A DNA stretch of 63,644 nt, filler included, from a bacterium (GTDB taxonomy: Bacteria > JBBIVP01), in the NCBI GenBank assembly GCA_037439705.1. It is 20 parts of 20 records of this genome, joined end to end, with 100 filler letters (N's around TTAATTAATTAA, not from the genome) between each part and the next. Parts side by side here need not be neighbours in the genome. Positions count along the whole stretch, not along the records: positions 40,023 to 43,055 come from JBBIVP010000207.1; positions 43,156 to 46,097 come from JBBIVP010000208.1; positions 46,198 to 49,127 come from JBBIVP010000209.1; positions 49,228 to 52,105 come from JBBIVP010000210.1; positions 52,206 to 55,035 come from JBBIVP010000212.1; 15 more parts are not named here. One strand, written 5' to 3'. This document shows, in pieces, positions 41,762 through 52,556 of this stretch (within the stretch, counting starts at the first letter, position 1; each line of letters starts with the position of its first letter). A model generated the notes under the pieces. That model had not been told where the DNA came from, did no database searches, and worked only from the letters and a program-made list of their open reading frames with translations. Made by a program: the position numbers and the translations under genes.

Positions 41762-42514
41762 ATGAAAAACATCTTTAAAAAGCCGGAGAGTTTGAAGGAT
41801 AATCCTTTTACTTTCTGCCCTGGTTGTCATCATGGAATAGTTCACAGATTGGTTGCAGAAGCTATAGATGCCCTCAATATAAGAGAGAAAACCATAGGGG
41901 TTGCTTCTGTAGGATGCAGTGTTTTTATGTATGATATATTTGATGTTGATGTGATAGAGGCTCCTCACGGAAGAGCTCCTGCTGTTGCTACCGGTATAAA
42001 AAGGGCTCTTCCTGACAGGGTGGTTTTTTCAATTCAGGGAGACGGAGATTTAGCTGCAATAGGAACATCCGAGATAATTCATGCAGCAGGAAGGGGTGAA
42101 AATATAACAATAATTTTCCTTAACAACGGAGTATATGGAATGACAGGTGGACAGATGGCCCCCACAACTCCTCTTGGCAGGGTAACTACCACATCTCCTT
42201 ACGGAAGAATGCATACGAGGGAAGGATACCCTTTAAAAGTGTGTGAAATGCTGAATGTCCTTGAGGGACCGGCATTTATAGCAAGAACAACAGTTTATAA
42301 TCCCCCCAACCTTTACAAAGCGAAGAAGATTATAAAAAGGGCTTTTGAGGTTCAACTTGAGGGACTTGGTTTTTCCCTTGTTGAGGTTCTGTGTGTATGT
42401 CCTACAAACTGGAAGGTTTCTCCATTGAAGGCGTGTGAGATTGTTGAAAATGAGGTTATTCCATATTATCCTCTCGGAATTTTCAGAGAGAAAACGAAGA
42501 AAGATATCATATGA
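41762..42514 (+). CDS. 2-oxoacid:ferredoxin oxidoreductase beta subunit (TPP-binding)
   Basis: [44 protein letters not shown]. Confidence 0.93.
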   Translation: MKNIFKKPESLKDNPFTFCPGCHHGIVHRLVAEAIDALNIREKTIGVASVGCSVFMYDIFDVDVIEAPHGRAPAVATGIKRALPDRVVFSIQGDGDLAAIGTSEIIHAAGRGENITIIFLNNGVYGMTGGQMAPTTPLGRVTTTSPYGRMHTREGYPLKVCEMLNVLEGPAFIARTTVYNPPNLYKAKKIIKRAFEVQLEGLGFSLVEVLCVCPTNWKVSPLKACEIVENEVIPYYPLGIFREKTKKDII

Positions 42515-43055
42515 AAAATTTTTATCTTGATGTAATAATTTCTGGATTTGGAGGGCAGGGAGCTCTGATAATAGGAGATATTCTTGCTTATGCAGGGATG
42601 CTTTGCGGGTATAATACAAGTTTCTATCCCTCATACGGGGTGGAGATGAGAGGAGGGACTGCCAACTGTTTTGTTGTTATCAGCTCGGGTGAACTTTACA
42701 GTCCTGTGAGGGGAAATGTAGAGAACCTTATTGCTCTGAATCAGGATTCCCTAGATGCATTTTTGAAAAGGGTAAAAAAGGGAGGCTCAGTTTTTATAAA
42801 CTCTTCTCTTGTTCAGTGGAATGGAGGAAGAAAGGATGTAGAAATTTTTGAGATTCCTGCAAGTGCAATAGCGGAGAGGCTTGGAACTCCAAAATCTGCA
42901 AATATGATAATGCTTGGAGCATTTCTCGGTATTAAAAATGTAATTGATATTGATAAGGTAGAGGAAACGATACTGGCATATTTTTCAGAAAAAGAGAATA
43001 TTGTGAGGGCAAATTTTACTGCGTTGAAAGAAGGGTTGCAGGTTTACAGGTATCA
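42511..43055 (+). CDS. 2-oxoacid:ferredoxin oxidoreductase gamma subunit, 3' truncated
   Basis: [29 protein letters not shown]. Confidence 0.92.
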
Positions 43056-43155
43056 NNNNNNNNNNNNNNNNNNNNNNNNNNNNNNNNNNNNNNNNNNNNT
43101 TAATTAATTAANNNNNNNNNNNNNNNNNNNNNNNNNNNNNNNNNNNNNNNNNNNN

Positions 43156-45965
43156 TAAGGGATATAAAAGGGAGGGTATACCTTCCACTTGATTGGATTG
43201 ATGATGGAACATTTTATTACCCAAGGGGAGAAAGTTTCCACAATAAGTGGTTATTGGACAACATTCAGATTTTTTATCCACCTGATACCATCTACAATGA
43301 GATGCTCAAGAAAGGTGAGATTCTGAAGTGGAACCCATATATATTTTCCGGCTACCCGGAATATGCAAGTGGACAGAGTTCATTCTTCCATCCGGTAAGG
43401 CTCATACTTCATTATTTCTTTGACCCATTGACCGCCCATGAACTCGGCTTATTCATACACCTATTCCTCTGCGGTGCCTTTTCTTATCTTTATTTAAGAA
43501 AAATTGGGCTCAAAAAATTCTCCTCATTAATGGGTGGAATAATATGGGCATTCTGTTATCACAATATGGTATCATGGTTTGAGGGGGAAAGAGCAGTCTA
43601 TGCAGGAGCATACCTTCCATTAACCCTTTATTTCTACGAAAAATCAATGGAAAAAAATTTGATTTTCAATTCCGTTATGGGTGGAATTTCTCTCTCAATG
43701 TCCCTTCTCTCAAGACACCTCCAGTGGGCTCTTTTCTGCCTCATTATGGTTTTTTTCTACCTGATTTTTAAAATCCTTGCCAATTATCTCTCCACAAAGG
43801 AGGTAAAAGCTTCCTTTTCAAAACCCTTCTTTTCTTTTTTTATAATTTTTCTCTTTGCCTTCGGATTATCAAGTATCCAGTTGATTCCAACATTTGAACT
43901 CATTTATTATGCAAGTTCACAGAGACCATCTATGGAATGGACGGAGATTCTCAGCCATTTTTTTCAATTCATAAAACCTGATGAGATTTTGAAGAGGTTC
44001 ATTTCCCTTTCAACGCTTATATATCCAAGGCTAACAGGAAGTCCAATTGATTACAGTGATGTTATGCCTTACAAAAATTTTCTTGAATTTACGGGATACA
44101 TCGGAATTCTTCCAATATGCTGTGCATTCCTTTCTTTCTTTTATAGAAGAAATCCATACTCAACCTTTTACTTTTTAACATTCATTCTTACATATCTTAT
44201 GGCTATTGACACATTCGTTGACATCCCATTCGCATTATTCATTCCAGGATTTTCAAAACTTGTAAGAGAAAGGATTCTCTTTCTCACAAGTTTTTGTGGT
44301 TCTGTCCTTTCAGCAACAGGAATAAACATACTTGAAACATCAGAAAAAAATCTTTTGAGGTTTGCGGGTAGGTTCTATGGAATATTCTGGATTGTAGTAG
44401 TTCTCATACTTCTAAAATTAAACGACATTCTTCCAGAGGACTGGTTTTCAATAACAAACTCCGCAATCAACATCCCTTTGCTTCTCACGCTCATTTCAAT
44501 TTTCATCTTTTACCTCCATTCAAAAATAAATAAAAAACTCTTAAAATTTTTTATCTTCCTCCTTGTCTCGGTTGACCTATTTTCTCTCGGTTATGTCTTC
44601 AATACCTCAGCAGAAAAGAAATACCTTGATTTCAGCGATACTCATTTATCCTTTTTACTGAAGGAAAACGAGAAGGAGATTTTCAGGGTTGCTGGCATTC
44701 AGCCAAACCTGAACATACTTTTAAAAATTCAAAGCCCTGAAGGATATCAGAGCATTTATCCGGATTTTTATTTTAAGGCAGTTAGTGAGAATTCACCATT
44801 CATCTTTGACAGGGTTCATGTGTTTTTTAACCTCTTGAGCAGAAATATGATGAGACTTTTAAATGTCAAATATATTATTGTTAATCCCTTGAGATTTGAA
44901 GTGATAAAGGAGGACTGGGTTGAGCTTATATATTCAGACATAATTAAGATATACAGGGTTAAGGATGGTTTCCCAAGGGCTTTCTTCGTCTCAAAGGCTC
45001 TTTATGCTGATGAAAAATGGATAATAAATGCATTAAGAAATAACCTTTTTGAACCATCGGAAGTGGTTTATTTTTCAGAACCTGCTCCATCTCCTTCAGA
45101 TCCAGGTGAAAATAAGAGTATAGTGAGAATAAAAGGCTATTCTCCTCACAGGGTTTCAATTGAGGTCCAAAACGAAAAGGATGGTTTTCTCGTCCTTTCA
45201 GATACATATTATCCAGGATGGAAGGCTTATGTAGATGGAAAAAAAGAAAAAATCTATAGAGCCTACACATTTTTAAGGGCGGTTTTTTTAAAAAGGGGAA
45301 ATCATAAAGTTGAATTTCTCTTTGACCCATTTTCCTATAAAGCGGGAAAAATTATTACATTCTCTTTTCTCGCAATGTGTGCTTTAATCCTTTTAATTGC
45401 TCGCCCAAAGTTTGGGAAGAGAAGAGAAATAGAGGGTGAAAAATCAGAAAAAATAAATTGGTTACAAACGGATACAATTGCACTAATAATTTTCGTTTTT
45501 TTCTTTATCCTCCTCGGATTTTCAATATATAAATGGGTGAAAAATGTAGATGAATTTGATAAGTCAAGGTGGTACTCAAGAATTGGTTTACTTCTTAAAA
45601 AAGCAGGAAAGGATGAGGAGGCGAGAAAATATCTTGAAAAGGCAGTGAATTTTAAAACACCATGCTATGGGGCTCATCAATTTCTCGGCGTTTCATATTA
45701 TCAGAAGGGAAATCTTGAAATGGCATTGAAACACTTTGAGAAGGCTTCTTCTATAAAACCATATTCACGCTCCCCCCTTGATTTTGCCCTTGTCCTCATT
45801 GAAATGAAAAAATATGAATCCGCATTGATTCCACTCAAAAAAGCCTTAAAAATTGACCCATCAAACAGGGATGTCCTTTTAACCATTGCAAAGACATATC
45901 AACTTCTTGGTAACTACGAAGAGGCTCAAAAGTATCTTGAAAAATTAAAAAGAATATCTCCATAA
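43156..45965 (+). CDS. YfhO-family (GT-C) membrane protein with C-terminal TPR domain, 5' truncated
   Basis: WNPYIFSGYP, YIGILP, LLNVKYI, PRAFFV, LVLSDTYYPGWKAYVDG; about four TPRs at the C-terminus. Confidence 0.85.
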
Positions 45966-46197
45966 ACAGGGCTATTTTTGTAATAGTAACTATTACCAGG
46001 CCGATGGAAAAAGTAAGAAATTTATTTGATTTGTCTTTTAAAAGATTATAAAATTTAGTTATGAAGCCAGTTGAGGAAATAAAAGAGGAGATAAAGANNN
46101 NNNNNNNNNNNNNNNNNNNNNNNNNNNNNNNNNNNNNNNNNTTAATTAATTAANNNNNNNNNNNNNNNNNNNNNNNNNNNNNNNNNNNNNNNNNNNN

Positions 46198-47076
46198 TAA
46201 AGAAAAATTTCTCCAGTTTAGAATGGAATTCTCCTCCAGAAAGTATCTCTGCTCGTTTTTTTTAATTACATCAAAGAAATAGCCATTTTGAGATGAGGTT
46301 TCAAGGAAATAACTTCCCTTCAATTCCATATAACTATCATACGGAATTGCATACCTGAAAATCCCCTTTCCTCCAATTCCCCTGCTTGTAAGGATATCTC
46401 CTTCAATTGTCAGGTCTTTGTCCTCGCCCATCGTAATAAAGAATGGCTGGTAGAACTGAAATCCATCCCTTTCAGAATATCCCATTTTCGGAATTAAAAA
46501 ACCCGTCTTCCTTTCTTTCACCACAGGAACTGCAAGATAGGGGAAATAAAAAAGCGGAGTATTTTTTACAGAAAAATTTCCGTCTTTTATTATGAACCAG
46601 TCGTTTTTTAACTCCATCTTTCTTCCTTCTATGCTCCACGATGGAATTCCATCCGGACACCTGCATGGTGTAAAGCTTCCGCAGGAAATCTCGTAATCCA
46701 TCTCTTTTTTTCTTTTTATTCCTTCCGCTTCAAGAGAATAAATGCCCCTCTTAACCTCAGCCTTTCCCATCGTTATTTTCCAGTTTCCTGTTTCCACATC
46801 ATACTCAACCTCATCCCCTTCAACAGTTTCTTCCTTCGTCCTTAAAAAAAATCCACCCGTTATAAAGACCTTTTTTTCCAGTTCATCGTATATTGCCACC
46901 GGAGCATTCATTTCAAAATTTTCACCCCTTAAAAGTATATTCCCGCTGAACAGATATATTTTTTCTTTAGAAGAGTAGATGTATTCATCTGCATATATCG
47001 TTATTTTTCCCTTAAATTCAATCCTTTTCTCTCCTATTGGCTCTAATGCAATTAAGAAAAAAATCAGAATTTTCAT
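46198..47076 (-). CDS. lptD: LPS-assembly protein LptD, N-terminal part
   Basis: GSFTPCRC...PSWSI, PLFYFPY, RKTGFLIPKMGYS..DG, SRGIG. Confidence 0.88.
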
Positions 47077-48671
47077 TCTACCTGAAGGATTGAACTTCCC
47101 GAATCTGCTATGAAGGATATTATCCTTCTAAAATTTGATATCACATCCAGATGAACAGAACTTGTATCAACGCTTTCTTTCAGACCAAATTTCAGCCTTT
47201 CTAAGTGTTTGTTCACGAGTTCGTAGGTGAAATCATAGAGCTCTTTCTTTTTATTCACTATTTCTAATGCTATTTCTTTATTGAATTCTGAAAGGGCAGA
47301 GCACATCAACTGGAAATACTCTAATACCTTTCTGTGAAGTTCTTCTATCTCCCTTCTTCCATCCTCTGAAAATACTGCCCCCTTTTTTATCTTCTTCAGG
47401 GCATGGTCCATCAAATCCTTTTCAATCGTATCGCCTATGTTCTCAAGGTTTGATGAAATTCTGAGCATTGAAGAAATTTTTGATGCGGTTTGAGTGTCAA
47501 GAGGATGCTTACTTATTTCAACGAGGAATTTTCTTATGTTTTCATCAAGAAAATCAATGCAATCGTCCATCTCCCTTATTTTGGAAATAAGTTCTTCTTC
47601 GTTGGTTTTAAAAGGAGATATGGACTTTTCAAGCATTTCGCCCACTTCATCGCTCATTCTCATAAGTTCCCTGTGCGCCTGAGCAAGAGCCACAGAAATG
47701 TTTTCCGTAAGTTTTTTATCAATGTATTTCAGACGTAGTTTTCCTTTCGTTTTTTCCCTTTCAGGAAGGAGTCTTATCAAAAGTTTTGTAAAAATTCCTG
47801 TAAATGGAATAAGGAGCAGGGAATTTATTATGTTGAAAATCATGTTTGAATCAGCAATGAAAAATTTCAGATTTTTCCCTGAAATCTGAAAGAAAAATTC
47901 ACTCAGTTCCTTGATGAACGGAAGAAATATAACTGCTCCTATAAGTTTAAACGCAAAGTGGGCTATTGCGACCCTTTTTCCTTCAATACCTCCCCTGAAT
48001 GAGACAATAAATGCTGTGGATGTGGTTCCAACATTTGCTCCGAGGACAAAGGATAAACAATCAGGAGGTGAAAGGAGTCCGCCTGATGACATTCCCATAA
48101 GGATTCCCAGGGACGATGCGCTTGTCTGTAGAATTACCGTGAGAACTATTCCTGCTATGAAAAGATAGGTATAATTTCCTTTTAGAAAGGATAGTAAAAA
48201 AGTGAGGAACTTTGAGTTTGAATCCACAGAGAAGGCTGATTCCATGACCATAAGTCCGTAAAATATCATACCTGTTCCGAGAATTATCCTTCCGTAGAGG
48301 TTTATCTTCCCCGATTTTGAGAGATAAAGTATAAACCCGATAATGAGCAAAAAATAAACTGCGGATGATATGTTGAAGGATATTATTTTTACTGTAATTG
48401 CAGACCCGATTCCGCTTCCGAGAGCCATCACACCTGCGGATTCAAGTGCTATGATTCCAGAATCCGCCATTCCCACAAGCATTGATGTCATTGCTGATGA
48501 ACTCTGGAACAGGAATGTAAGAACTATACCGAGGAGGAATCCCTTTATTTTATTTTCAGAAAGTCTGTAAATAACCCTTTTTACCTGCTGGGTTGAAAGG
48601 GTGCTTAAACCCTCTTTAAGGAGTTGAAATCCTAAAAGGAAGAATGCTATTCCAGCGAGAAGTTTTAACAT
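47073..48671 (-). CDS. Na/Pi cotransporter family protein with PhoU-like C-terminal domains
   Basis: FQSSSA, LQTSAS, LGANVGTT repeats; NLENIGD, TSSVHLD. Confidence 0.9.
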   Translation of the reverse strand: MLKLLAGIAFFLLGFQLLKEGLSTLSTQQVKRVIYRLSENKIKGFLLGIVLTFLFQSSSAMTSMLVGMADSGIIALESAGVMALGSGIGSAITVKIISFNISSAVYFLLIIGFILYLSKSGKINLYGRIILGTGMIFYGLMVMESAFSVDSNSKFLTFLLSFLKGNYTYLFIAGIVLTVILQTSASSLGILMGMSSGGLLSPPDCLSFVLGANVGTTSTAFIVSFRGGIEGKRVAIAHFAFKLIGAVIFLPFIKELSEFFFQISGKNLKFFIADSNMIFNIINSLLLIPFTGIFTKLLIRLLPEREKTKGKLRLKYIDKKLTENISVALAQAHRELMRMSDEVGEMLEKSISPFKTNEEELISKIREMDDCIDFLDENIRKFLVEISKHPLDTQTASKISSMLRISSNLENIGDTIEKDLMDHALKKIKKGAVFSEDGRREIEELHRKVLEYFQLMCSALSEFNKEIALEIVNKKKELYDFTYELVNKHLERLKFGLKESVDTSSVHLDVISNFRRIISFIADSGSSILQVE

Positions 48672-49091
48672 TCATTCACCAATTATCTTAACTATCAATT
48701 CCCTTCTTCTCGGCTTATTGTCAAAATCAATGAATACAATGCTCTGCCACATCCCCAGTTCTAAATTTCCGTTTGAAAAAGGGATACTTACCGATGTCCC
48801 GATTATTGCTGACCTTATGTGAGCGTATGCATTTCCATCTCCCCACCTGTGGTCGTGATGATATTTTCCGCTTTGTGGAGCAATTCTTTCAAGGGTTTCC
48901 TGTAAGTCCCTTATTGCTCCGGGCTCAAATTCCATTGTTGTAATTCCGCCTGTTGCTCCGGGAACAAAAACAACCACAATTCCTTCTTTGAAACCGCTTT
49001 CATTTACCTTCTCCTTTATTTCTTCGGTTATATTTTTTATCTCGGTGAATCCCCTTGTTCTGAATGTAATCCTAAATTCTTTTACTCCCAT
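48672..49091 (-). CDS. YjbQ/UPF0047 family protein
   Basis: GATGGITTMEFEPG, YHHD..WGDGNAYAHIRS, LGMWQ. Confidence 0.9.
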   Translation of the reverse strand: MGVKEFRITFRTRGFTEIKNITEEIKEKVNESGFKEGIVVVFVPGATGGITTMEFEPGAIRDLQETLERIAPQSGKYHHDHRWGDGNAYAHIRSAIIGTSVSIPFSNGNLELGMWQSIVFIDFDNKPRRRELIVKIIGE

Positions 49092-49227
49092 CTTTCTTCT
49101 CCTTAATTGAATTTTATCACCTTTTTGNNNNNNNNNNNNNNNNNNNNNNNNNNNNNNNNNNNNNNNNNNNNTTAATTAATTAANNNNNNNNNNNNNNNNN
49201 NNNNNNNNNNNNNNNNNNNNNNNNNNN

Positions 49228-49878
49228 GAGTTTGAGAGGGCGGGCATTCCTTTATCCTACGAGATTAAAACAGGATATATATTCCTTGAAAGTATAAGTG
49301 CCATAAGAAGGCTTTCTCCGGATGTAGTTCTTATTACTCCAGAAGGAGGAGAACTCATGCCCTTTTTCATTGGCTCAAACACATTGAGGATATTGAGAGA
49401 GGTAGACAGGGATATTTTCTTCCTGAAATCAAGAAGCTTAAAGGTTGAAAGCGTGATTTTACCAGTTGACCTTTCGCCTTTTTCTCTCAGATGTGGAAGG
49501 AGGGCATTTGAGATCGCAAAAATTTTTAATGTGCCTCTTGAGATAATTAATGTTATGGAAACGAAGGGACTTTCATTCTCTCAGGATGTTTTGAAAGAGA
49601 TTTCAATAAAGATAGAGAAAAACATACAGAAAAAGGTGGAGAGGAATTGCGGAGGATTTAAGGGTGTGAGGTGGAGAATTCATGTTATTCCTTCTGAAAA
49701 TGCAATTGATGGGATAATGGAGTTTCTTGATGAAAGAAGGAATTATATGGTGGTCATTGGAAGGAAAGGATACTCTCTCATTCAGTTTATAACAGGAAAT
49801 CTCGTTGAAAAGGTGGTGAGATACTCATCAGGCAATGTATGGGTTGTATCAAGACCTGAAAGGAAAATTATATTATAA
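49228..49878 (+). CDS. Universal stress protein (tandem USP), 5' truncated
   Basis: FFIGSNTLRILR, ILPVDLSPFS, VVIGRKG...GNLVEKVVR..GNVWVV. Confidence 0.8.
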   Translation, partial: EFERAGIPLSYEIKTGYIFLESISAIRRLSPDVVLITPEGGELMPFFIGSNTLRILREVDRDIFFLKSRSLKVESVILPVDLSPFSLRCGRRAFEIAKIFNVPLEIINVMETKGLSFSQDVLKEISIKIEKNIQKKVERNCGGFKGVRWRIHVIPSENAIDGIMEFLDERRNYMVVIGRKGYSLIQFITGNLVEKVVRYSSGNVWVVSRPERKIIL

Positions 49879-49939
49879 AGGAATAATGGAGTTGCTTGAA
49901 AGAATGAGTATTTTAAACTACTGTAAAGGAGGAAGCAGG

Positions 49940-50938
49940 ATGAGGACGCTTGTAGTAATTGTTTCTTTTCTTCTTTTTCTTACAAATAGTGGTGGAGCGG
50001 TTGAAACACTTAAAATTGCTACTGTGGCTCCGGATTCCTCAGAGTGGATACAGATTGCAAGAGAACTTTTAAAGTATACCGAGACAAAATCAGGTGGTGA
50101 AACAAAAGTTTCCCTTTATACAGGCGGAATAATGGGAGATGAACCGGATATGTTAAGAAAAATTCAACTCGGTCAACTTCATGGAGGTGGATTTTCAGGA
50201 CTTGGTCTCGGAAAGGTTGTTCCCGCTATCAGGCTTCTTGAACTTCCCCTTCTCTTCAGAAACTATGAAGAGGTTGATTATGTATGTGAAAAGATGAGAC
50301 CTATTCTTTCAAAGATGTTTCAGGAGAAGGGTTTTGAACTGGTTTTCTGGGCTGAACAGGGTTTCATTTATGTTTTCACTGACAAGAAAATTTCAAACCT
50401 TAATGATTTTAAAGGTGTAAAGATGTGGGTCTGGGCACCTGACAATCTTGCACATGCTATATTTAAGGAACTTTCCGACTACCTTTCACCAGTCCCACTC
50501 GGTCTTCCCGAGGTTTTAACATCCCTTCAGACAGGAATAATCAATGCTTTTTACGCACCTCCAGTTGCTGCGGTTTCTCTACAGTGGTCAACAAAGGTTA
50601 AATACATGCTGAATGTTCCTTTTGATTACGGAACAGGAGCACTTCTTATATCAAAGAAATCTTATGACAAACTTTCACAGAATTCAAAAAATGTTTTGAA
50701 GGAAGGGGTTAAAATCTACGAGCCGAAAATTATTCAGGCAATAAGAAAGGCAAACCAAAAGGCTATAGAGTTGTTTCCGGAATACGGTGTAAAACTCCTT
50801 GATGTTCCTCCCGAAGGGCTTGAAGAGGTGAGGGCAAAGGTATCAAATGTGTATACGAAGATGGTAGGTGAGTTATATTCAAAGGAATTGCTTGATTTTG
50901 TGTTAAAAACCCTTGAAGAATACAGAAAAACACATTGA
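49940..50938 (+). CDS. dctP: TRAP transporter substrate-binding protein (DctP/TatP-like) 1
   Basis: LKIATVAP, YTGGIMGDEPDMLRKI, LELPLLF, LTSLQTG; AAGGAGG RBS before ATG 49940. Confidence 0.88.
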   Translation: MRTLVVIVSFLLFLTNSGGAVETLKIATVAPDSSEWIQIARELLKYTETKSGGETKVSLYTGGIMGDEPDMLRKIQLGQLHGGGFSGLGLGKVVPAIRLLELPLLFRNYEEVDYVCEKMRPILSKMFQEKGFELVFWAEQGFIYVFTDKKISNLNDFKGVKMWVWAPDNLAHAIFKELSDYLSPVPLGLPEVLTSLQTGIINAFYAPPVAAVSLQWSTKVKYMLNVPFDYGTGALLISKKSYDKLSQNSKNVLKEGVKIYEPKIIQAIRKANQKAIELFPEYGVKLLDVPPEGLEEVRAKVSNVYTKMVGELYSKELLDFVLKTLEEYRKTH

Positions 50939-50948
50939 GGAGGTGTAA

Positions 50949-51956
50949 ATGAGGAAAGGGATAGGGTTAGGAATTGTTTTTGTTTTTCTCTTCAATGGCC
51001 ATGTCTTTTCTCAACCGAGGTATGTAATAAAAATGGGAACCCTTGCACCCGAGGGTTCTACATGGATGAACATGTGGAAGGCTGTAACAAACTGGGTAGC
51101 AGAGAAGACGAAGGGGCATCTAAAATTTATAACCTATCCAGGGGGTGTAATGGGGGATGAACCGGATATGGTGAGAAAGCTTAAACTTGATCAGCTTCAG
51201 ATGGGAGGTTTCACAGTAAATGGAATCTCCATGATTGCTCCAGAGATGCTGGTTCTTGAACTACCATTTCTTTTCAGGAACTATGGTGAGATTAATTATG
51301 TGAGAAAAAAACTTTTTGAAAGGTTCAATGAATTTTTTCTTAAAAGAGGATTTGTCCTTATAGGATGGATTGACCAGGGACTTATAAAAATGTATACAAA
51401 AGAAAGGGTTGAAAACCTTGAAGAGTTGAGGAAACAGAAGATGTGGGTCTGGTCAGGAGAACCTGTTGCCATTCAAACATTTAAAGCATGGGGAATAAAT
51501 CCAATTCCATCAAGTGTTCCAGAAGCCCTTCCCTCTTTACAGACAGGTCTTATAAATGCGATCTATACAAGTCCTTTAGCCTGTGTTGCCCTTCAGTGGT
51601 ATACCCAGATAAAATACATTATAGATCTCGACATAAGGTATGAACCCGCGGTAGTTGTTGAAAATAAAACCATGTATGATAAAACTCCAGAAGAGTATCA
51701 GAAAATTGTGAAAGAAGCAATGGAGATATTTCTTGAGGATTTTGTGAAGGAAATCCAGCAGTCAAATGCAAGGTCTATTGCAGGTATGTATGAACACGGG
51801 ATAAAGCCTGTGAAATGGAGCGATGAAGAGGTCAAGAAGTTAGAGGAACTTTCTAAAAAGGTGTGGGATGAGCTTGCGGACAAGCTTTATCCACGCGATC
51901 TCCTTAACGAAGTAATAAAAACTATTGAAGAATACAGAAGAGAGGTGAAAAAATGA
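50949..51956 (+). CDS. dctP: TRAP transporter substrate-binding protein (DctP/TatP-like) 2
   Basis: KMGTLAPEGSTW, YPGGVMGDEPDMVRK, LPSLQTG; paralogue of the upstream gene. Confidence 0.88.
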   Translation: MRKGIGLGIVFVFLFNGHVFSQPRYVIKMGTLAPEGSTWMNMWKAVTNWVAEKTKGHLKFITYPGGVMGDEPDMVRKLKLDQLQMGGFTVNGISMIAPEMLVLELPFLFRNYGEINYVRKKLFERFNEFFLKRGFVLIGWIDQGLIKMYTKERVENLEELRKQKMWVWSGEPVAIQTFKAWGINPIPSSVPEALPSLQTGLINAIYTSPLACVALQWYTQIKYIIDLDIRYEPAVVVENKTMYDKTPEEYQKIVKEAMEIFLEDFVKEIQQSNARSIAGMYEHGIKPVKWSDEEVKKLEELSKKVWDELADKLYPRDLLNEVIKTIEEYRREVKK

Positions 51957-52105
51957 AGGGGACAAAAGTAAAAAAGGTGAGGGTGGTTGTGAGTGTGATG
52001 TTTTGTGCCTTTTTGATGAGCTGTTCAGCAATAAGAAAGCTCGGCATAAATTCAATGGCTCCAACACTGAATGAGGTTGTAGGGGTTGGATACAAGCAGA
52101 CGGAC
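51953..52105 (+). CDS. Probable TatT-like lipoprotein of a TPAT system, N-terminus only
   Basis: Lipobox LMSC then SAIRKLGINSMAPTL...KQTD; position after TatP-like genes. Confidence 0.55.
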
Positions 52106-52205
52106 NNNNNNNNNNNNNNNNNNNNNNNNNNNNNNNNNNNNNNNNNNNNTTAATTAATTAANNNNNNNNNNNNNNNNNNNNNNNNNNNNNNNNNNNNNNN
52201 NNNNN

Positions 52206-52551
52206 ACTCATTCTTCCTGCTGTGGTAAATGCAAGAAATGCTGGAATTCTTGCGGAAGGTCCTTTATCCTCTGATACCCTTTTTTATTTTGCCGTAAACG
52301 GCAGATATGATGTTGTGGTATGTATGTATCATGACCAGGCTCTCATTCCATTGAAGATGCTACACTTTACTGATGCAGTAAACCTCACTCTGGGTTTACC
52401 TATTGTAAGGGCATCTGTTGACCATGGAACTGCTTATGATATTGCCTGGAAGGGAATAGCAAATCCACACAGTATGATCCAGGCAATAAAAGTTGCTTCT
52501 GAGATAGTGAATATCAGGAAAAAAAGTTCAAAACCTGATGTGAGTTTTTAA
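52206..52551 (+). CDS. pdxA: 4-hydroxythreonine-4-phosphate dehydrogenase, C-terminal part
   Basis: [43 protein letters not shown]. Confidence 0.93.
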
Positions 52552-52556
52552 ACTGG

